DNA of 63,982 nt, the filler included, from Reticulomyxa filosa (taxonomy: Eukaryota > Protista > Foraminifera): assembly GCA_000512085.1 (NCBI GenBank). It is 18 parts of 18 records of this genome, joined end to end, with 100 filler letters (N's around TTAATTAATTAA, not from the genome) between each part and the next. Parts side by side here need not be neighbours in the genome. Positions count along the whole stretch, not along the records: positions 1 to 16,052 come from ASPP01001014.1; positions 16,153 to 18,950 come from ASPP01048347.1; positions 19,051 to 20,163 come from ASPP01036065.1; positions 20,264 to 23,821 come from ASPP01010333.1; positions 23,922 to 29,770 come from ASPP01005413.1; 13 more parts are not named here. One strand, written 5' to 3'. Below, piece after piece: positions 11,946 to 24,676 of this stretch (its first letter is position 1; each line of letters begins with the position of its first letter). The notes below the pieces were generated by a model, which ran no database searches, was not told the origin of the DNA, and saw nothing but the letters and a program-made list of their open reading frames with translations. The position numbers and the translations under genes were made by a program.

Positions 11946-13198
11946 ATGTCTCGACATAAGCAAGCACCACCAACCGAGCCTGTAGAGCCAAGTGATCAAG
12001 AGCCACAACAGCAGAATTCCTCCGAAGCAGCTGTTGAGAACGAGGACTTGCATACAAGCTTACAGCAACAAGAACAGCCCAAAAAAGCAAAAAAAAAGAA
12101 AGGAAAAAAGGAGATAAGAATTCATATTGTTTCGACGGTGGAAGCATGCGAAGAAGCGATCAAGACATTATCTACATTGCGGTATGTGGGATTTGATTGT
12201 GAAGGTTATTCAAGTCTATCGCGAAAAGGAAAGATAGCATTGATGCAATTTGCATCAAGTCGAGACAGTTATGTGATAGACATTCAAGCAATGAACGACG
12301 AAATACCAAAGTGTGTGAAAGATTTTTTGGAGCAAAAGCCGCACCCAAAAAAAGGTCCGATCAAAATTATTCACGACTGTCGAGCCGATCAGGACGCACT
12401 ATTTCACGTATACGGAATACGTCTCAACGGGGTATTCGACACCAGTGTCGCAAGTGTGGTGAAGCGCACGGAGCTCGGCCGCCAGCCTACGCGTTTGTCA
12501 AGTCTGTCTGGACTGATGGAACGAGTATTGCCTTATAATCTCATGGAAAACCTGTCCATCTCTTATCCGACGGCAATATCATCCCCAGATGGCCACGTCG
12601 ATCCAAATGTCGTTGATACCAAATGCGATGACATGACACGTCATGTGGATGCCAAACAAGATCAATCGACCCCTCCACTTTCATCCCCTGAAAAATTAAT
12701 TGTCACGACTACATCTTTCCAGTCCTGTTTACAATACGATCCATCAAAAAGAACCAAAGCAACAAGTTTTTTGTTTGTTTGTTTGTTTGTTTATTTAATA
12801 ATAATAATAATAATAAATATAATTGGGTTTTTCAATTAGTGAATATGTTTGGGAGCAAGGATGGGATAAAGATGAAAATGCGCAAGGATCCGAAATTTTG
12901 GGGAATTCGTCCTCTGACTAAGGAAATGATTGTGTATGCTGGATTGGATAGCTACCTCACTTTACAAGTTGGACTCCATTTTATTCACTCCTTTGCAAAG
13001 AGACCGGGACAATTTGAAGTCGCTTTTTATGTAAGCAATACCTATTGGAGTCAGAGCATTTGCAAAAAAAGTAGATATGCTCCAGGCACTGCATTTGTGC
13101 CTGCACAAATACTTAAATCTGTTAGTCACTATCCTTCTCCTTCAGAGCTACTTCCTCTTTATGCTTCTATCGAGCATGTTGCGTCGGATACGTCTTAA
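11946..13198 (+). CDS. DEDDy 3'-5' exonuclease, EXD1/Egalitarian-like
   Basis: ExoI VGFDCEG..LSRKGKIALMQ; ExoII KIIHDCRADQDALFH.YGIRLNGVFDT; ExoIII FWGIRPLTKEMIVYAGLD. One intron at about 12766-12839. Confidence 0.85.
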
Positions 13199-14213
13199 TG
13201 CTTCGCCCGTTTTGCTGGCTTTTCAATATCTTTTTATTTTACTTTTTACACATCTTGAACATATAATGACATTTTCAAATCTTCGCATCTTTACTGCAGA
13301 AAATCTTTTTGCGATGTTCTTGTGTTTTTCCTCTTTCGCCCTCACAAACTGATATAAAATATGCTTGTGTCTGGACAGTAAATATTGAAACTATAGTTCA
13401 ATTGTTTTTGAATTAAATCTGTTGAACATTTTTTTTATATACATGAAACAGTTAGTATCACGAATTAAACGATAAGTAGTAACAATCTTGCAATGGTTGA
13501 GATAAACTAGTAACATACAGAGACAATACATTTAAATCATTTAAAACTTTAAGACATAACAAATATCATTGTTTATTTATAAAACTTTTTGTCGCAAAAA
13601 ATCAAATAAATGATGAAGTTGTGGAAAAGAATAAAATGTTTGCAATTGACAAAAAACTGTAAAAAATTTTCTTTTAGGAAAACAATTTCCACTAGCTAAG
13701 TTTTCGATCCTGATTGAGGTATGTTAGATTAAGAAGCCATCACTGGATTTTTAAGAAAATGAATTAAGTGAAAATTGTGAGAATAATTTTTCTCAACATA
13801 TTTACAAGTTAATTTTAAAAGGATAGCTTCTGATACTGATAGGTGATGAAGTAAACATAGAAACAATGTATTTGTATTCAAGCGTTGAGTTAATATTAAT
13901 ACTCGTAATCAAAAATAAACAAAATACTCTAAATATTTATTGCCAAAATTAATAACTAAGTGTCTTGTAAAAAATTATTTTAAACTTTTTTTGTTTATTT
14001 TGTAGTGATATGTTCTTTTTCTTAAAACGAGATGATTTATTAACTTGAGGATAAGCTTTTGTGCTGTTGGTGAGTGCAAAAGGATGAAAGAAATAGTCTA
14101 AAATTCTGGCATCAGCTTGTGCAAATATAAATTATTTTAAAGTTTAAGTAGTTTCACGAAAACAAAAGTTTAAATTAAAAGGGATAGACGTGCGTCTATT
14201 CAGTTGAAAAGTA

Positions 14214-15945
14214 ATGTCGGACATTCCATCAAATTATGGTTCCTCACCTCCACGTCTCTTTGAGTATTTTGCCATTGTTGGTTTGGAGCAGACCAACTTT
14301 GCGTTAACTGCGAAAAGCGAGATTCCTGTTGACGCCAAAGGTAAGTAGGACAGTGAACGGTGAAAAGAGCGGGCATGTTGCATTGGATGAAGTAGATTTC
14401 TAGGATGGTGTCTGTTGTTGTGAAAAACAGATATGGGATTCCGTCCAATTATAAAATACGCCTACAATGCCAATCAGAGCGTGCAACAACGAGGGCAGAC
14501 GGTGCACGCTTCTTCGTTGTCGTCTAATCTATTGTTTTTGGACGACATAGTGACAGACAAAGAAAAAAGCGACAGCGTGAAAAAGAAGATGACAGCACAA
14601 GAGATGGAAGGAGAGAGTGAAATACTCATGCAAATGCGTAAATTTTGTTTCCCTGACTTATCCGAAATAATTAAAAGGTATTTAAATTTGAAAGCCAACC
14701 AAAAGACACAAGATCAATGTTATCGCATATTGTTTCAACATCAAACCCAATCCGAAAAATTCGACTTTGTTTTGACCAAGATCGGGGCCCAGAGGATGTA
14801 TGGGCATTGTTGTCGAGTTTTTACCATTGAAGGTAAGGAGCTCATAAACATGTACCTCCTTTTTTTTTTTTTAAAAAAAAAAGGGGGGGCAATGTTTATT
14901 GTTTTATTTATTTTAATTTTTTTTTAAAACAAACAAACAAAAAAAAAAAAAAAATTCTTTCGCAAAAAAAAAAAAAATTTGTAATGATCCCCAATGACAA
15001 CAACAAAAATAAAACCAACAAGCAAATGGTAAATGCTCTCAAATGCCGATAAGTTTGTGCTTGGTATCCAAATACCCATTTTTATCGCTGTTGGAGCAAG
15101 TGATGGACAACCTTTTGGCACGATGGCTGTGTTGTCCAGAGGCCATATTCCCGTTGTTGGATAGCATTGTGGAGCACCCCGTTCCGGCTTTGGGAGACGT
15201 GTTTCATGTGCGTGTCAAATCGCAAATCCCAAATATAGCAGATGAAGTCATCACTTTATGGCTGCAAGATACGTATCACGTTTCCTTGCGTCCTTTGTTT
15301 ATGGCGTTGTCCATTGAGGTTCTTGTTTTTGTGCTGTCCTGCATTTTAACAGAAAAAAGGTCATTTTTTTTTTTTTTTTTTTATATCATTTTCGTTTTAA
15401 CTGATTGGCATATATATGTATATACATATATGTATATATTTATTTATTTGTATACATTTATGTGTAATACGATAAATAAAAAAGAAATTTGATTGGTTGC
15501 TGGGTTAGAATAGTGTTTTCGAGTGAGTCTTTGGAGAAGCTGAGCAGTTGCATTCATGGGATAATGGCGGTAATCTATCCTTTTCGATGGCAACATATCT
15601 TTGTGCCGATATTACCTGAACAACTGTTGAACTACTTGGCGGCGCCGATTCCGTTCGTGATTGGGATCAAGTCGTACTTGATCAAGCATCTGGACAAGCA
15701 TCCCGTGAGCGAGATTGTGCTCGTAGACTTGGACAACAACACCGTCAAGTCCAGTTACGACGACTTGGTCAAGCTGCCTCAAGAGCCCACGTGGAAGTTG
15801 AAACGCGAATTGCAAAGACTTTTGAAAAGAACCAAAGAAATGCTCTCCATTGACTCGAGCACAGATACCAAAGAAAGCACCACCACCATCACCGCCAACA
15901 ATGCTTTGAAAATGAAAAAATTGAAGATTTTTGATAACATGCATG
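14214..15945 (+). CDS. DENN-domain Rab GEF (3' end truncated by contig end)
   Basis: MSDIP..RLFEYFAIVG (uDENN); KFCFP; FVLT..GAQRMYGHC; LCLVSKYPF; IVFSSESLEKLSSC..YPFRWQHIFVPILP..LAAPIPFVIG. Confidence 0.9.
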
Positions 15946-16052
15946 GTATCATTTTATTATTATTATTATTATTATTATTATCTATATTATGTTCACTCCT
16001 CTTATTGGCCCCCCCCCCCCCTTCTTTTTTTTTTTTTTTTTTTTTTTTTTTT

Positions 16053-16152
16053 NNNNNNNNNNNNNNNNNNNNNNNNNNNNNNNNNNNNNNNNNNNNTTAA
16101 TTAATTAANNNNNNNNNNNNNNNNNNNNNNNNNNNNNNNNNNNNNNNNNNNN
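16053..16152. other. Artificial contig-joining spacer (N-TTAATTAATTAA-N). Identical spacers at 18951, 20164, 23822, 29771, 32873, 34523, 38716, 40827, 45386, 46566, 49473, 50590, 52202, 53761, 61001, 62883
   Basis: Constant 100-nt spacer carrying stops in all six frames; genes are truncated at these spacers. Confidence 0.98.
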
Positions 16153-16190
16153 TGCCATTTAGGTATGGCAGTTTTTTTTGCAATCTACTG
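16153..16190 (-). mobile_element. Terminus of a TA-flanked CAGT-ended DNA transposon/MITE (family B)
   Basis: Reverse complement CAGTAGATTGCAAAAAAAACTGCCATACCTAAATGGCA closely matches 29731-29766. Followed by TA and located at a contig end. Confidence 0.6.
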
Positions 16191-19051
16191 TAGTACGACA
16201 GAATTCGATACAGTAAATAAATAATATGGACAAATGTACAAATTAGATTTAACATTCAAGTTTATTTATTTGCTATATGTGTTTTTATTTGTGAAGGCAA
16301 AATAAACAATATGTACGTATTTGTACAAATATAGAACATAATTCAAATATGGACATATGATTTCGTATATACCATATTGGGAAAGAGTAAGTGCACATTT
16401 GGAAATAAGGAGCGAGTATGAGATATGGAAACACTGGAAAGTGAATATAGTGTACATAATAGTTTGATTAGTATGTACACTAGTAGATTTCGAGCTGTGA
16501 GATTGTAGATCGAACAACGAGCAAATATCAATTATCATGATTTCATTGGATTGAAATCAAACGAAATTTGTGGCCGAAAATCATTATATGTCAATCGAAT
16601 ATATGGCAACTGGATATATTATTGACTGAACTGTATGTGATTGAATTGAATTATATTATGTAAATGTAAAATTGCGATTTGGTTGGATTGAGTTGGAAAG
16701 TGATCATATATATTAATGTAATGAGAATCGCGATTGTGATTGCACTAGATTACAATTACAATTCAATAATATCTCAGTTTTTCATCATGTATTCTATAAT
16801 GAATAAAAAAAAACAATAAACGAAAATTTTAAAAAAAGGAAAGAGTATATAGAAACGAGAGATAGAGAGAGAGAAAGGAATAGTGGAATACCTTGTTAGA
16901 AGCGATTATTTTCGAATAAAACCATTTAAGTCTATTTGTGTTTTTCTTTGTTCTATATTTAAATAAAATAAATCAAATTCAACAAACATTGATTGTGTGT
17001 TTTATTATATTTATATATGTGCTGTGTTTGTATATGAAAGGACAGAAAAATGGCGCAAAAAAAAAAGAAAGACAATCGAAACAGCGCAACAGCATTGAAT
17101 ACAAAAATTTAAGTACTTTTCTTTGTTGTTTGTATCAGGTGTTTATTAGAATGAACACTCACTGATACTAAAAGTTTTGTGGGTGGTGGGGTAATAGACA
17201 AGGTATTGATATTCCTTCGATACTACCTCTCTATATCTCTCTTTTCAGTCTCCATCCTAAATAAGTGAATAAATAAATTAATTACATGCAAAACAAATGA
17301 AAAACTGAGATAAAAGAAATTAACAAATCATTGCGATCCAATCCATTCTCTTCTGCATTCATCACTATCACAGTACAATTCAACTCAATCAAATTACAAT
17401 CATCCAATCCAATTCAATTCGATTCAATCCGATCCGGATTTGTGCAGTTCAGTCAAGCCGACCAAAACAAATCCAATCAGATGTCATTTTTTGAAAGCCA
17501 GCCGCGTTTGATGTATCCAATCCAAAAACAATTACAATTTGGATATTGAACAATTGGCAAACGTTTCGCTTCACGACGGTATCTTAAATTTGTCTTTGAA
17601 CTTTTATTTGGTGTGTTTGAAGCAAACACACTTATTAAATTTGCGATGTATAAATAGACATATTACATCTGAACATTACAATAAGAAGAGCAAGAAAGTA
17701 CCATATACATTGATTTTTTCATTGCAAATGATTGCAACTTGTATATCGTCGTCGTTTCGCTTGCTTTAATGATTGTTGCATCTATATTTAGTGTCATTAT
17801 CACGAGTAGCTGTCTCTTTCAGTTGACAAAGGTACTAATATTTTTTTTTTGTTTTCTTTATGCGAGTGAAATAAATAATGTTGAATATAAATGTTATGTG
17901 AATAGATTGATTACAAGTGAACGAGTGACAAAAAAAACTATGATGACAGATGGAGAAAACAACAGTAATTGTTTTCCTTCTAGCTGCAGTTCGTGTATTC
18001 TATTATCAGTTTTACTCGCAGTAATGACAAGAATCATTTCTTTCATCACGTTCTTACTATATTCTCCACTGACCTACATCCAAATGTATCCAGTCAATAT
18101 GACATTCACATGCAAATGAACATTAATATTATTTGGTACTGTCCAACTCAAAACCCTATTGAATTTTTTATGATGTATCTGTTTTTTATAATCATACATA
18201 CAATGTCTATGATTCATGAAAACGTTCATTTGCATTATCAAAGGAGATTTGTCGACCATATCAACAACAATTAATTGTTTTTTTTACAAAAGGTACACGC
18301 TCTATCTTTTTAATGTACAAAAACACATACGTATATATTTGGTATATACGTACATAAGTGTGTTTGTGTGTATAAATAGCTTTTGCTAGCTGAACTTTAT
18401 CAAAAAAATAATTTCGATAAAATGACTTTAAGTCATTTATTCCATCTACTCACTACGAATTGGACCCTTCTCCAATATTTATTATTTGTTATCCAATTGT
18501 CAAATTCGTGGCAAGCAACATGACATTATTGCAATCGACCATGCTATTCATGTGTCTGTCCATGTAACATTTATCATATACATAAATATATCATGTCGAT
18601 ACTTGTGATATTTTCACTTGATTGTCATATATTTATTCGAATGTTATTTGGACATTCAAACATTGAAATGATTATTAATTCCATTTCATTTGCCAAAGGT
18701 ATCAATATTGTCTATTTTTTTAATAAAAACAAATATACATTTTGTGTTACCATATGAAATACATTAAACAGATTGTAACAGAATGCCAATAAAAAAAAGC
18801 GAGTTGCAAAAAAAAATCAAAGATTTTTCTTACAACTCGATATTGTCATTCGCATACATTATTAGTAAGCCAATAGTCACATCAATGATTATTTTTACAT
18901 TCAATGCTAATCCTCCGCATTCGATCTTTGTATTTTTTATGGATATTTACNNNNNNNNNNNNNNNNNNNNNNNNNNNNNNNNNNNNNNNNNNNNTTAATT
19001 AATTAANNNNNNNNNNNNNNNNNNNNNNNNNNNNNNNNNNNNNNNNNNNNT

Positions 19052-19330
19052 CGTACTGTTATTTGCTCTTCATCAAATGATCAAACTATTCGCTCTTGGG
19101 ATATCGATAATAATAATAAATGTGCTGCAACATGGGATAATAAAATCTTTTTTTGGGATATTCGATCATGTAAAGTTTTAGATAAAATTGATGGATTTGA
19201 CGAAGAAGACTGGGGAATATTATGTCTTAAATTTTTACCACGGAAAAAGAACAATGAAAAAATAAAAAATAATTGTGGCCTTAGTTTATATTTTGGTGCA
19301 CGCAAAGGTAACATTCGTGTTATGGAGTAA
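19052..19330 (+). CDS. C-terminal fragment of a divergent WD40-repeat protein
   Basis: Reads RTVICSSSNDQTIRSWDI...DNKIFFWDIRS...GILCLKF...LYFGARKGNIRVME*. 5' truncated. Confidence 0.6.
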   Translation, partial: RTVICSSSNDQTIRSWDIDNNNKCAATWDNKIFFWDIRSCKVLDKIDGFDEEDWGILCLKFLPRKKNNEKIKNNCGLSLYFGARKGNIRVME

Positions 19331-19580
19331 TGCATTTCTGGAATATTAAACATGAAACTGCAAGGGCTTGAATGAATTTATTTTGATTGTTTTCTTGCGC
19401 TTTCCTTTACTCAGTTTTTGTTTTATGTCTACTTCAAATTTTGTGAAATTAACAAAAAAAACAAACTTCTTTCATTAAAAAAATAATGGCACGAACAAAT
19501 TTTACTTTTAAATAAAATAATCTAAAAATAAATCCAAAAACTTGTAATTTGAATTCAAACAATAAAATTAAATAAACTAG

Positions 19581-19763
19581 TCATCTTATTTTTTGGACGT
19601 AGACTTTGCGTCTCTCATTAAGTATATTATCAGTATGTGCTTTCAGTTCTTGAATTTCTTTTTTAGAATTCATAGCAAATAATTTTACTGTCCTGTCAGA
19701 TAAATGTAATATAAAATACAATCGACAAAGAAAAAGATCCCCAAAATGAACCCCTATGAACAC
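19581..19763 (-). pseudogene. Degenerate WD40 remnant
   Basis: SDRTVKLF..NSKKEIQELKAHTD resembles one WD repeat, with no intact gene around it. Confidence 0.35.
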
Positions 19764-20316
19764 TCATGAAAAGTAAATATTTATTCAGAATTCTTTTTTT
19801 AATAATATCTGCACGCCTTGGAGAACCCAAATATATATTTGATTTTAATAAAATTGTAGAAAATCATACAAAATGGTTAAATACATTTTGGGATTCTCTT
19901 CAATGTGTAGATATTATTTTAAAAAAGAGTTTTGACCAAAAAAAAAATATTCAAACGAAAGTGTTAGCATTGAAGTTTTGTGATCTTACCATTTGCACTT
20001 TTTAAAAGAAAAAAGCTAAACAAGAAAAAGAAACGTGATTTTTTTTGTCTCACTAAATTTCTCCTTTTGAATAAAACTTTTTTTTCTAATAATTCGGCTA
20101 TATATCATTTGAAAGAATTATGATGTCAGAAAAAGACTTATCTTTTACTGTGTCAACTCTTGANNNNNNNNNNNNNNNNNNNNNNNNNNNNNNNNNNNNN
20201 NNNNNNNTTAATTAATTAANNNNNNNNNNNNNNNNNNNNNNNNNNNNNNNNNNNNNNNNNNNNAAAAAAAAAAAAAAAAAAAAAAAATAATAATACATTT
20301 TTTTTTTTAAATCACA

Positions 20317-21480
20317 TTAACACGAAATCAAGTCAACTGTCAATGCTCGAATATCAATTTTGTTTCCCATCTGTTTAATTTCAGTTTGTATTTCTTCTAG
20401 TTTTCTCTTTTCTTCTTCTTCGACCTTCCACTGTCGTTCCATCTCTGTGTCTTCTTTCATCCAGTCATCCACTTTTATTCGAATGTGTTCTACGTGCGAA
20501 CCCCATCTCACGCTAGCCGTTCCAATGACATGCACATACGCTTTGTCTTCGGTGAGTGCCACGTCACAGATGGAGGATCCGCAAGGCAGAGTATGTTCAA
20601 ACTTTGTCCATTGGTTTTTTTGGATGGAATATTTATGCACCGACTTTGAGCAATCAGTTCCATCGAACCCACCAAAGAACAAGATTGCACCATTGACATG
20701 GACATATGAATAAAAATGCAAGGCTCGAATGGTCGAGCAAATCCATAATTCACGGAACTGGAAATTATTTTGAATTTCGTTATATTCAATTAACAGGCCG
20801 ATATTTTTACCAAAAAATACCATTTCAAATATATGTGTGATTTCCTTTGATCCAAAGTCATGTTTCGTCACAAGACAATAATCACTGATATCTGCATTTC
20901 CAACTGGCAACACACCTCGTTTGTCAAATTCGAGTGTGTCCAAATTAAGTACGGCAATCCTGTTGGGCGAACATACCAGAAATAATAAATTATTCTTGCT
21001 TCCACCAATCACACCACGCACTTCGCCGTCATGCTTTTTTGTGTAAATTGGATTGGATTTGTAAATCAAAGGAACCCATTCATTGAAATGTATCGCTTGA
21101 CGGATCTTCTTGTTATGCTCTTCTCCTTCATCCCAAACGCTTATGTAATTCATCACCAATGGGTTTTTTAATTTCTTTCCAAATGCCAACAACGAGATGT
21201 TGTCTGCGCTTTTTATCCACTTTATCACACAGTATCCTGACAATATCGTATCTCTTGGATAAGAGCAAATGCGCTTATACTGGTTTTTCAGTACATGGTA
21301 AGAATAGCACACAGGCATTCCACAAATGATAATCTCATTTTTATGAGATACGCTTTGCATGTGGCTAACCGCACCAGGTAAAGGTGCTAGGTAATCGCAG
21401 GCAACTGTTTTGGTCTGGCTTTTATCTCCCTTTAATGTTGCAACACTTAAGTCCATTTTAATTGAATCGATTATATCCAT
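20317..21480 (-). CDS. Kelch-like beta-propeller protein (lineage-expanded type); 3' end probably continues past the contig end
   Basis: LAPLP....MQSV.HKNEIIICG..CYSYH..KNQYK; ILFFGG..CSKSVHKYSIQKNQWTKFEHTLP. Confidence 0.7.
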   Translation of the reverse strand: MDIIDSIKMDLSVATLKGDKSQTKTVACDYLAPLPGAVSHMQSVSHKNEIIICGMPVCYSYHVLKNQYKRICSYPRDTILSGYCVIKWIKSADNISLLAFGKKLKNPLVMNYISVWDEGEEHNKKIRQAIHFNEWVPLIYKSNPIYTKKHDGEVRGVIGGSKNNLLFLVCSPNRIAVLNLDTLEFDKRGVLPVGNADISDYCLVTKHDFGSKEITHIFEMVFFGKNIGLLIEYNEIQNNFQFRELWICSTIRALHFYSYVHVNGAILFFGGFDGTDCSKSVHKYSIQKNQWTKFEHTLPCGSSICDVALTEDKAYVHVIGTASVRWGSHVEHIRIKVDDWMKEDTEMERQWKVEEEEKRKLEEIQTEIKQMGNKIDIRALTVDLISC

Positions 21481-21921
21481 GCGTTCAAGTATAGTTCTTT
21501 GTTTTAGATTAAAATTTCTTTATATCTAAAAGGGGGGATCGGAAACAAACGTTCGGACAAAAATCATTGAATTTTGTGATGATGAAATGTATTTCACTTA
21601 ATGTAGTTCTAAAATAAATCACCAAAAATTGAAGTTTTTTTTTACTGTAAAAAAATATCCAAGGTCTTGAAAAAAAAAAATCATTCATGTATGTTAAAGT
21701 CGGAAAAATGAAGAAAGATATTTACATATGGTTGGCCTTGCACGAGTAAATAAACTGCTTTTGAATTAAATGTAAGGACAAGAATAAAAAAATTCAACAA
21801 AAAAAGAGCAGATTTTTATAAACAAGTATTAATTAAGATAGATCCCAAGTAAAGAGTTAAAAATTGGAGAGTAAATAAATTGATGTGTTCACGATGGTTG
21901 CATTTTGCATCCAAAATGAGG

Positions 21922-22812
21922 TTACCCCCATAATCGAACTGTTCCGTCATGTGACGATGACATAATGGTTGTGGTATCAGGTGAGATATCGACAGCCGTT
22001 ACACTACTTAAATGTCCGTGCAATCTTTGGATTTCTTGTCCGGATGCCACATCCCATAATCGAATAGTATTATCATCTGAACACGACACAACCATGAGAC
22101 CATCTTGTGAAAAGCGTGCCTTCAAAACACTGTCGGAATGTCCTTGCAATGTTCGCACTTGTTTTGCAGATTTCAAGTCCCATATTCGAATGGAGTGATC
22201 TTCGGAACAAGAGACAAGAGTGCGATTGTCTGGAGAGAATTGTGCTGACTGAACACATCCCGAATGGCCAATGAATTCTTGAACCACTTGGAGTGTCCTT
22301 GCATCCCACAATTGAATTGTATTATCTTCTGAGCAAGATACAACAATATGACCATTTGGTGAAAACTGTACCGTTAAAACACACATGAAATGTACTTCCA
22401 ATCCAAGTGTCATTATCCCAGATGTCACATCCCATGACAGAATTTTGCCATCATTTGACCACGATACAATAGCAAGACCATCTGATGAAAATTTTGCACC
22501 AATTACCCAATGTGAGTGTTCTCGCAATTGCAACAATTGTGTTCCAGATTCCACATCCCATATTCCAATTGTTTCATCATTTGAACAAGACAACAACATA
22601 TTCCCATCTGTAGAAAATTCCACTTCATTCACGCAATCCGAATGTCCCACCAATGTGTGAATTTCCTGTCTCATGCATACATCCCAAATTTGGATTTGTC
22701 CATTGTTGGATGACAATGCCACTTTGTTGTTATCTGGAGAAAATTTCACGCTTGTTACATTATCTGATTCTGCAAAAATGTTCAGTTGTTTGAAATATTT
22801 CGTCTGCAACAT
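21922..22812 (-). CDS. Stand-alone 7-bladed WD40 protein (HET-E/NWD-type repeats)
   Basis: Seven 42-aa GH...FSPD...SCS.D.TIRLWD repeats; intronless. Confidence 0.9.
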   Translation of the reverse strand: MLQTKYFKQLNIFAESDNVTSVKFSPDNNKVALSSNNGQIQIWDVCMRQEIHTLVGHSDCVNEVEFSTDGNMLLSCSNDETIGIWDVESGTQLLQLREHSHWVIGAKFSSDGLAIVSWSNDGKILSWDVTSGIMTLGLEVHFMCVLTVQFSPNGHIVVSCSEDNTIQLWDARTLQVVQEFIGHSGCVQSAQFSPDNRTLVSCSEDHSIRIWDLKSAKQVRTLQGHSDSVLKARFSQDGLMVVSCSDDNTIRLWDVASGQEIQRLHGHLSSVTAVDISPDTTTIMSSSHDGTVRLWG

Positions 22813-23445
22813 TTTTTAATTTTTTTTTTTTTTTAATTTTTTTTTTTTTTTTTGCACTCAAATTTTTTTTCACAAAATATAATGTCAAAATTTTAACCTC
22901 TTAAACTCAACATATCGCGCAATAATTTTGTTGAAATCGTCAATCCATCCTTGCTGAATTTCCAAACATCGAATCCAACTCGCTATTATTGTCGTTACAT
23001 CTCTTTTGGTCATTTTTTTTTTTTTTTTCCCTTGAAAAGATCATTTTTGCTAAAATTTAACGCTTTTCAAACTGGATTTGGCTGTGCTTGAAATTTATCT
23101 TCTCTTTTGCCTTTGCAACTTTTCATTTCGTACGCACAAGAACCACGTCGTTCAAAATGCAAATAGTATCGCCTTTTGTTTATCGTTGGGCTTGATATGA
23201 ATTGTAGCTCAAAATGACATGATGATGAACCCGTTTGGGGGGGCATTTCTCGAAAACTCAAGTTAAAAAAAAAAAAGCGTTAATAGAAGTGATTAACAAA
23301 AATGGAAAAAAAAAAAGCCAATTCCTGTCGGTATTTGTGATCATGTTATTTTAGAATTTGAAAAACAAAACCAAAAAAAATTGCAAATATGTAAGTACAA
23401 TTGAAAAGAATGTCAATGGAAATATTGCATTACCAAAAGAAAAGA

Positions 23446-23751
23446 CTAAGAAGGCGTCAAAAAAAAGTCAGAAAAAACTTGAAATTGGGTATTGTTTCTA
23501 AGATCTGGACAAAAGTCAAAAAGTAAAAGAATGTATTGCTGCAACAAGTCAATGCAATCGAGAACGGCAGATGCCTTGCTGTTTACATCTGGTGACTGAG
23601 TATTATTGACAATTTTGGGTAGCACAGTCGAGTGCAATTCTTTAATTGTCGTGACACAGCGTGTCAATGTTTGAAGACATTGCTGTTCACTCCACTGCAC
23701 TGCTTTGCCTATTCGAGAGTAATTTGCCATCCGATCTGTCAGTGCTTCCAC
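23446..23751 (-). CDS. Internal exon of a hypothetical protein
   Basis: Coding-like 100-aa helical ORF flanked by intron-like AT tracts; no family recognised. Confidence 0.3.
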   Translation of the reverse strand: MEALTDRMANYSRIGKAVQWSEQQCLQTLTRCVTTIKELHSTVLPKIVNNTQSPDVNSKASAVLDCIDLLQQYILLLFDFCPDLRNNTQFQVFSDFFLTPS

Positions 23752-24676
23752 CGATCCTAATGAGTATATTATACGTGTATATTTCTTTTTGTATCAAAAA
23801 GTAATAATAATAATAATAATANNNNNNNNNNNNNNNNNNNNNNNNNNNNNNNNNNNNNNNNNNNNTTAATTAATTAANNNNNNNNNNNNNNNNNNNNNNN
23901 NNNNNNNNNNNNNNNNNNNNNTTTTTTTTTCCTTATCCAAATAGAAAACAACGTGCTTTTGTTTTGTTTTTGTTTTGGTGGCCAAGCAATATCATTTCTT
24001 ACCTTTTTATTGTTTCGTTTTTTGCCTTTTTCTGAATTTATTCGCTCTGTTTGTTTCTCTAAAATTTGAACGAGAATAATGCATTTTCTGTAAAGCATAA
24101 TAGCCTTTACTTTATTTTTTAGGATATTAAATTTAAATTGAAGTTGTTTTTGTATTTTCTTGGAAAAATACCACAAAAGCGCAACTTCAAACGATAAGGA
24201 TTTGAGTTTGTCATCCTAGGGGCATCACATGATACGCACAGTAATTAGTTCGGATTTGCACTATTACATATTCACCGAAAATTGCCTTAGTGTAATCTTT
24301 GTTTTTTCTAAAATCAATTTTGTTCAATTCAATGTAGTTATTCGTTACGCAGCTGCGGATTGAAATATATTTTCTATTAACTAATTTAAACTTTATAAAA
24401 TTATATTTTGGGAAAAGTGTGCTATATTTTATTATTTTACAGTGATATTCCTTTTTATTAATGTTATTTCCTTTTCATCTACGTTCACAAGAAGTCGTCT
24501 GTACTTTTCATCGACGCGAAGACAACTATATCAATTGATCTAAATAAACTATTTGCGGTTTGCTATAGATAAAGCAATTCAATCAAGAAATTAGTGTATC
24601 CTATAAGCGTCACGTGCTTTTCAAAGAACAAAGGGAGAAGTTCAATATTCAACTAAATATATTGATATTCAAACAG

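Noticed and set aside
16053-16152. Recurrent TTAATTAATTAA within N-runs as a biological repeat or CRISPR-like array
   Set aside because: It is an identical artificial six-frame-stop linker between contigs.
16191-18950. Short hydrophobic ORFs in an AT-rich contig
   Set aside because: No recognisable motifs or consistent exon structure; probably non-coding or heavily decayed sequence.
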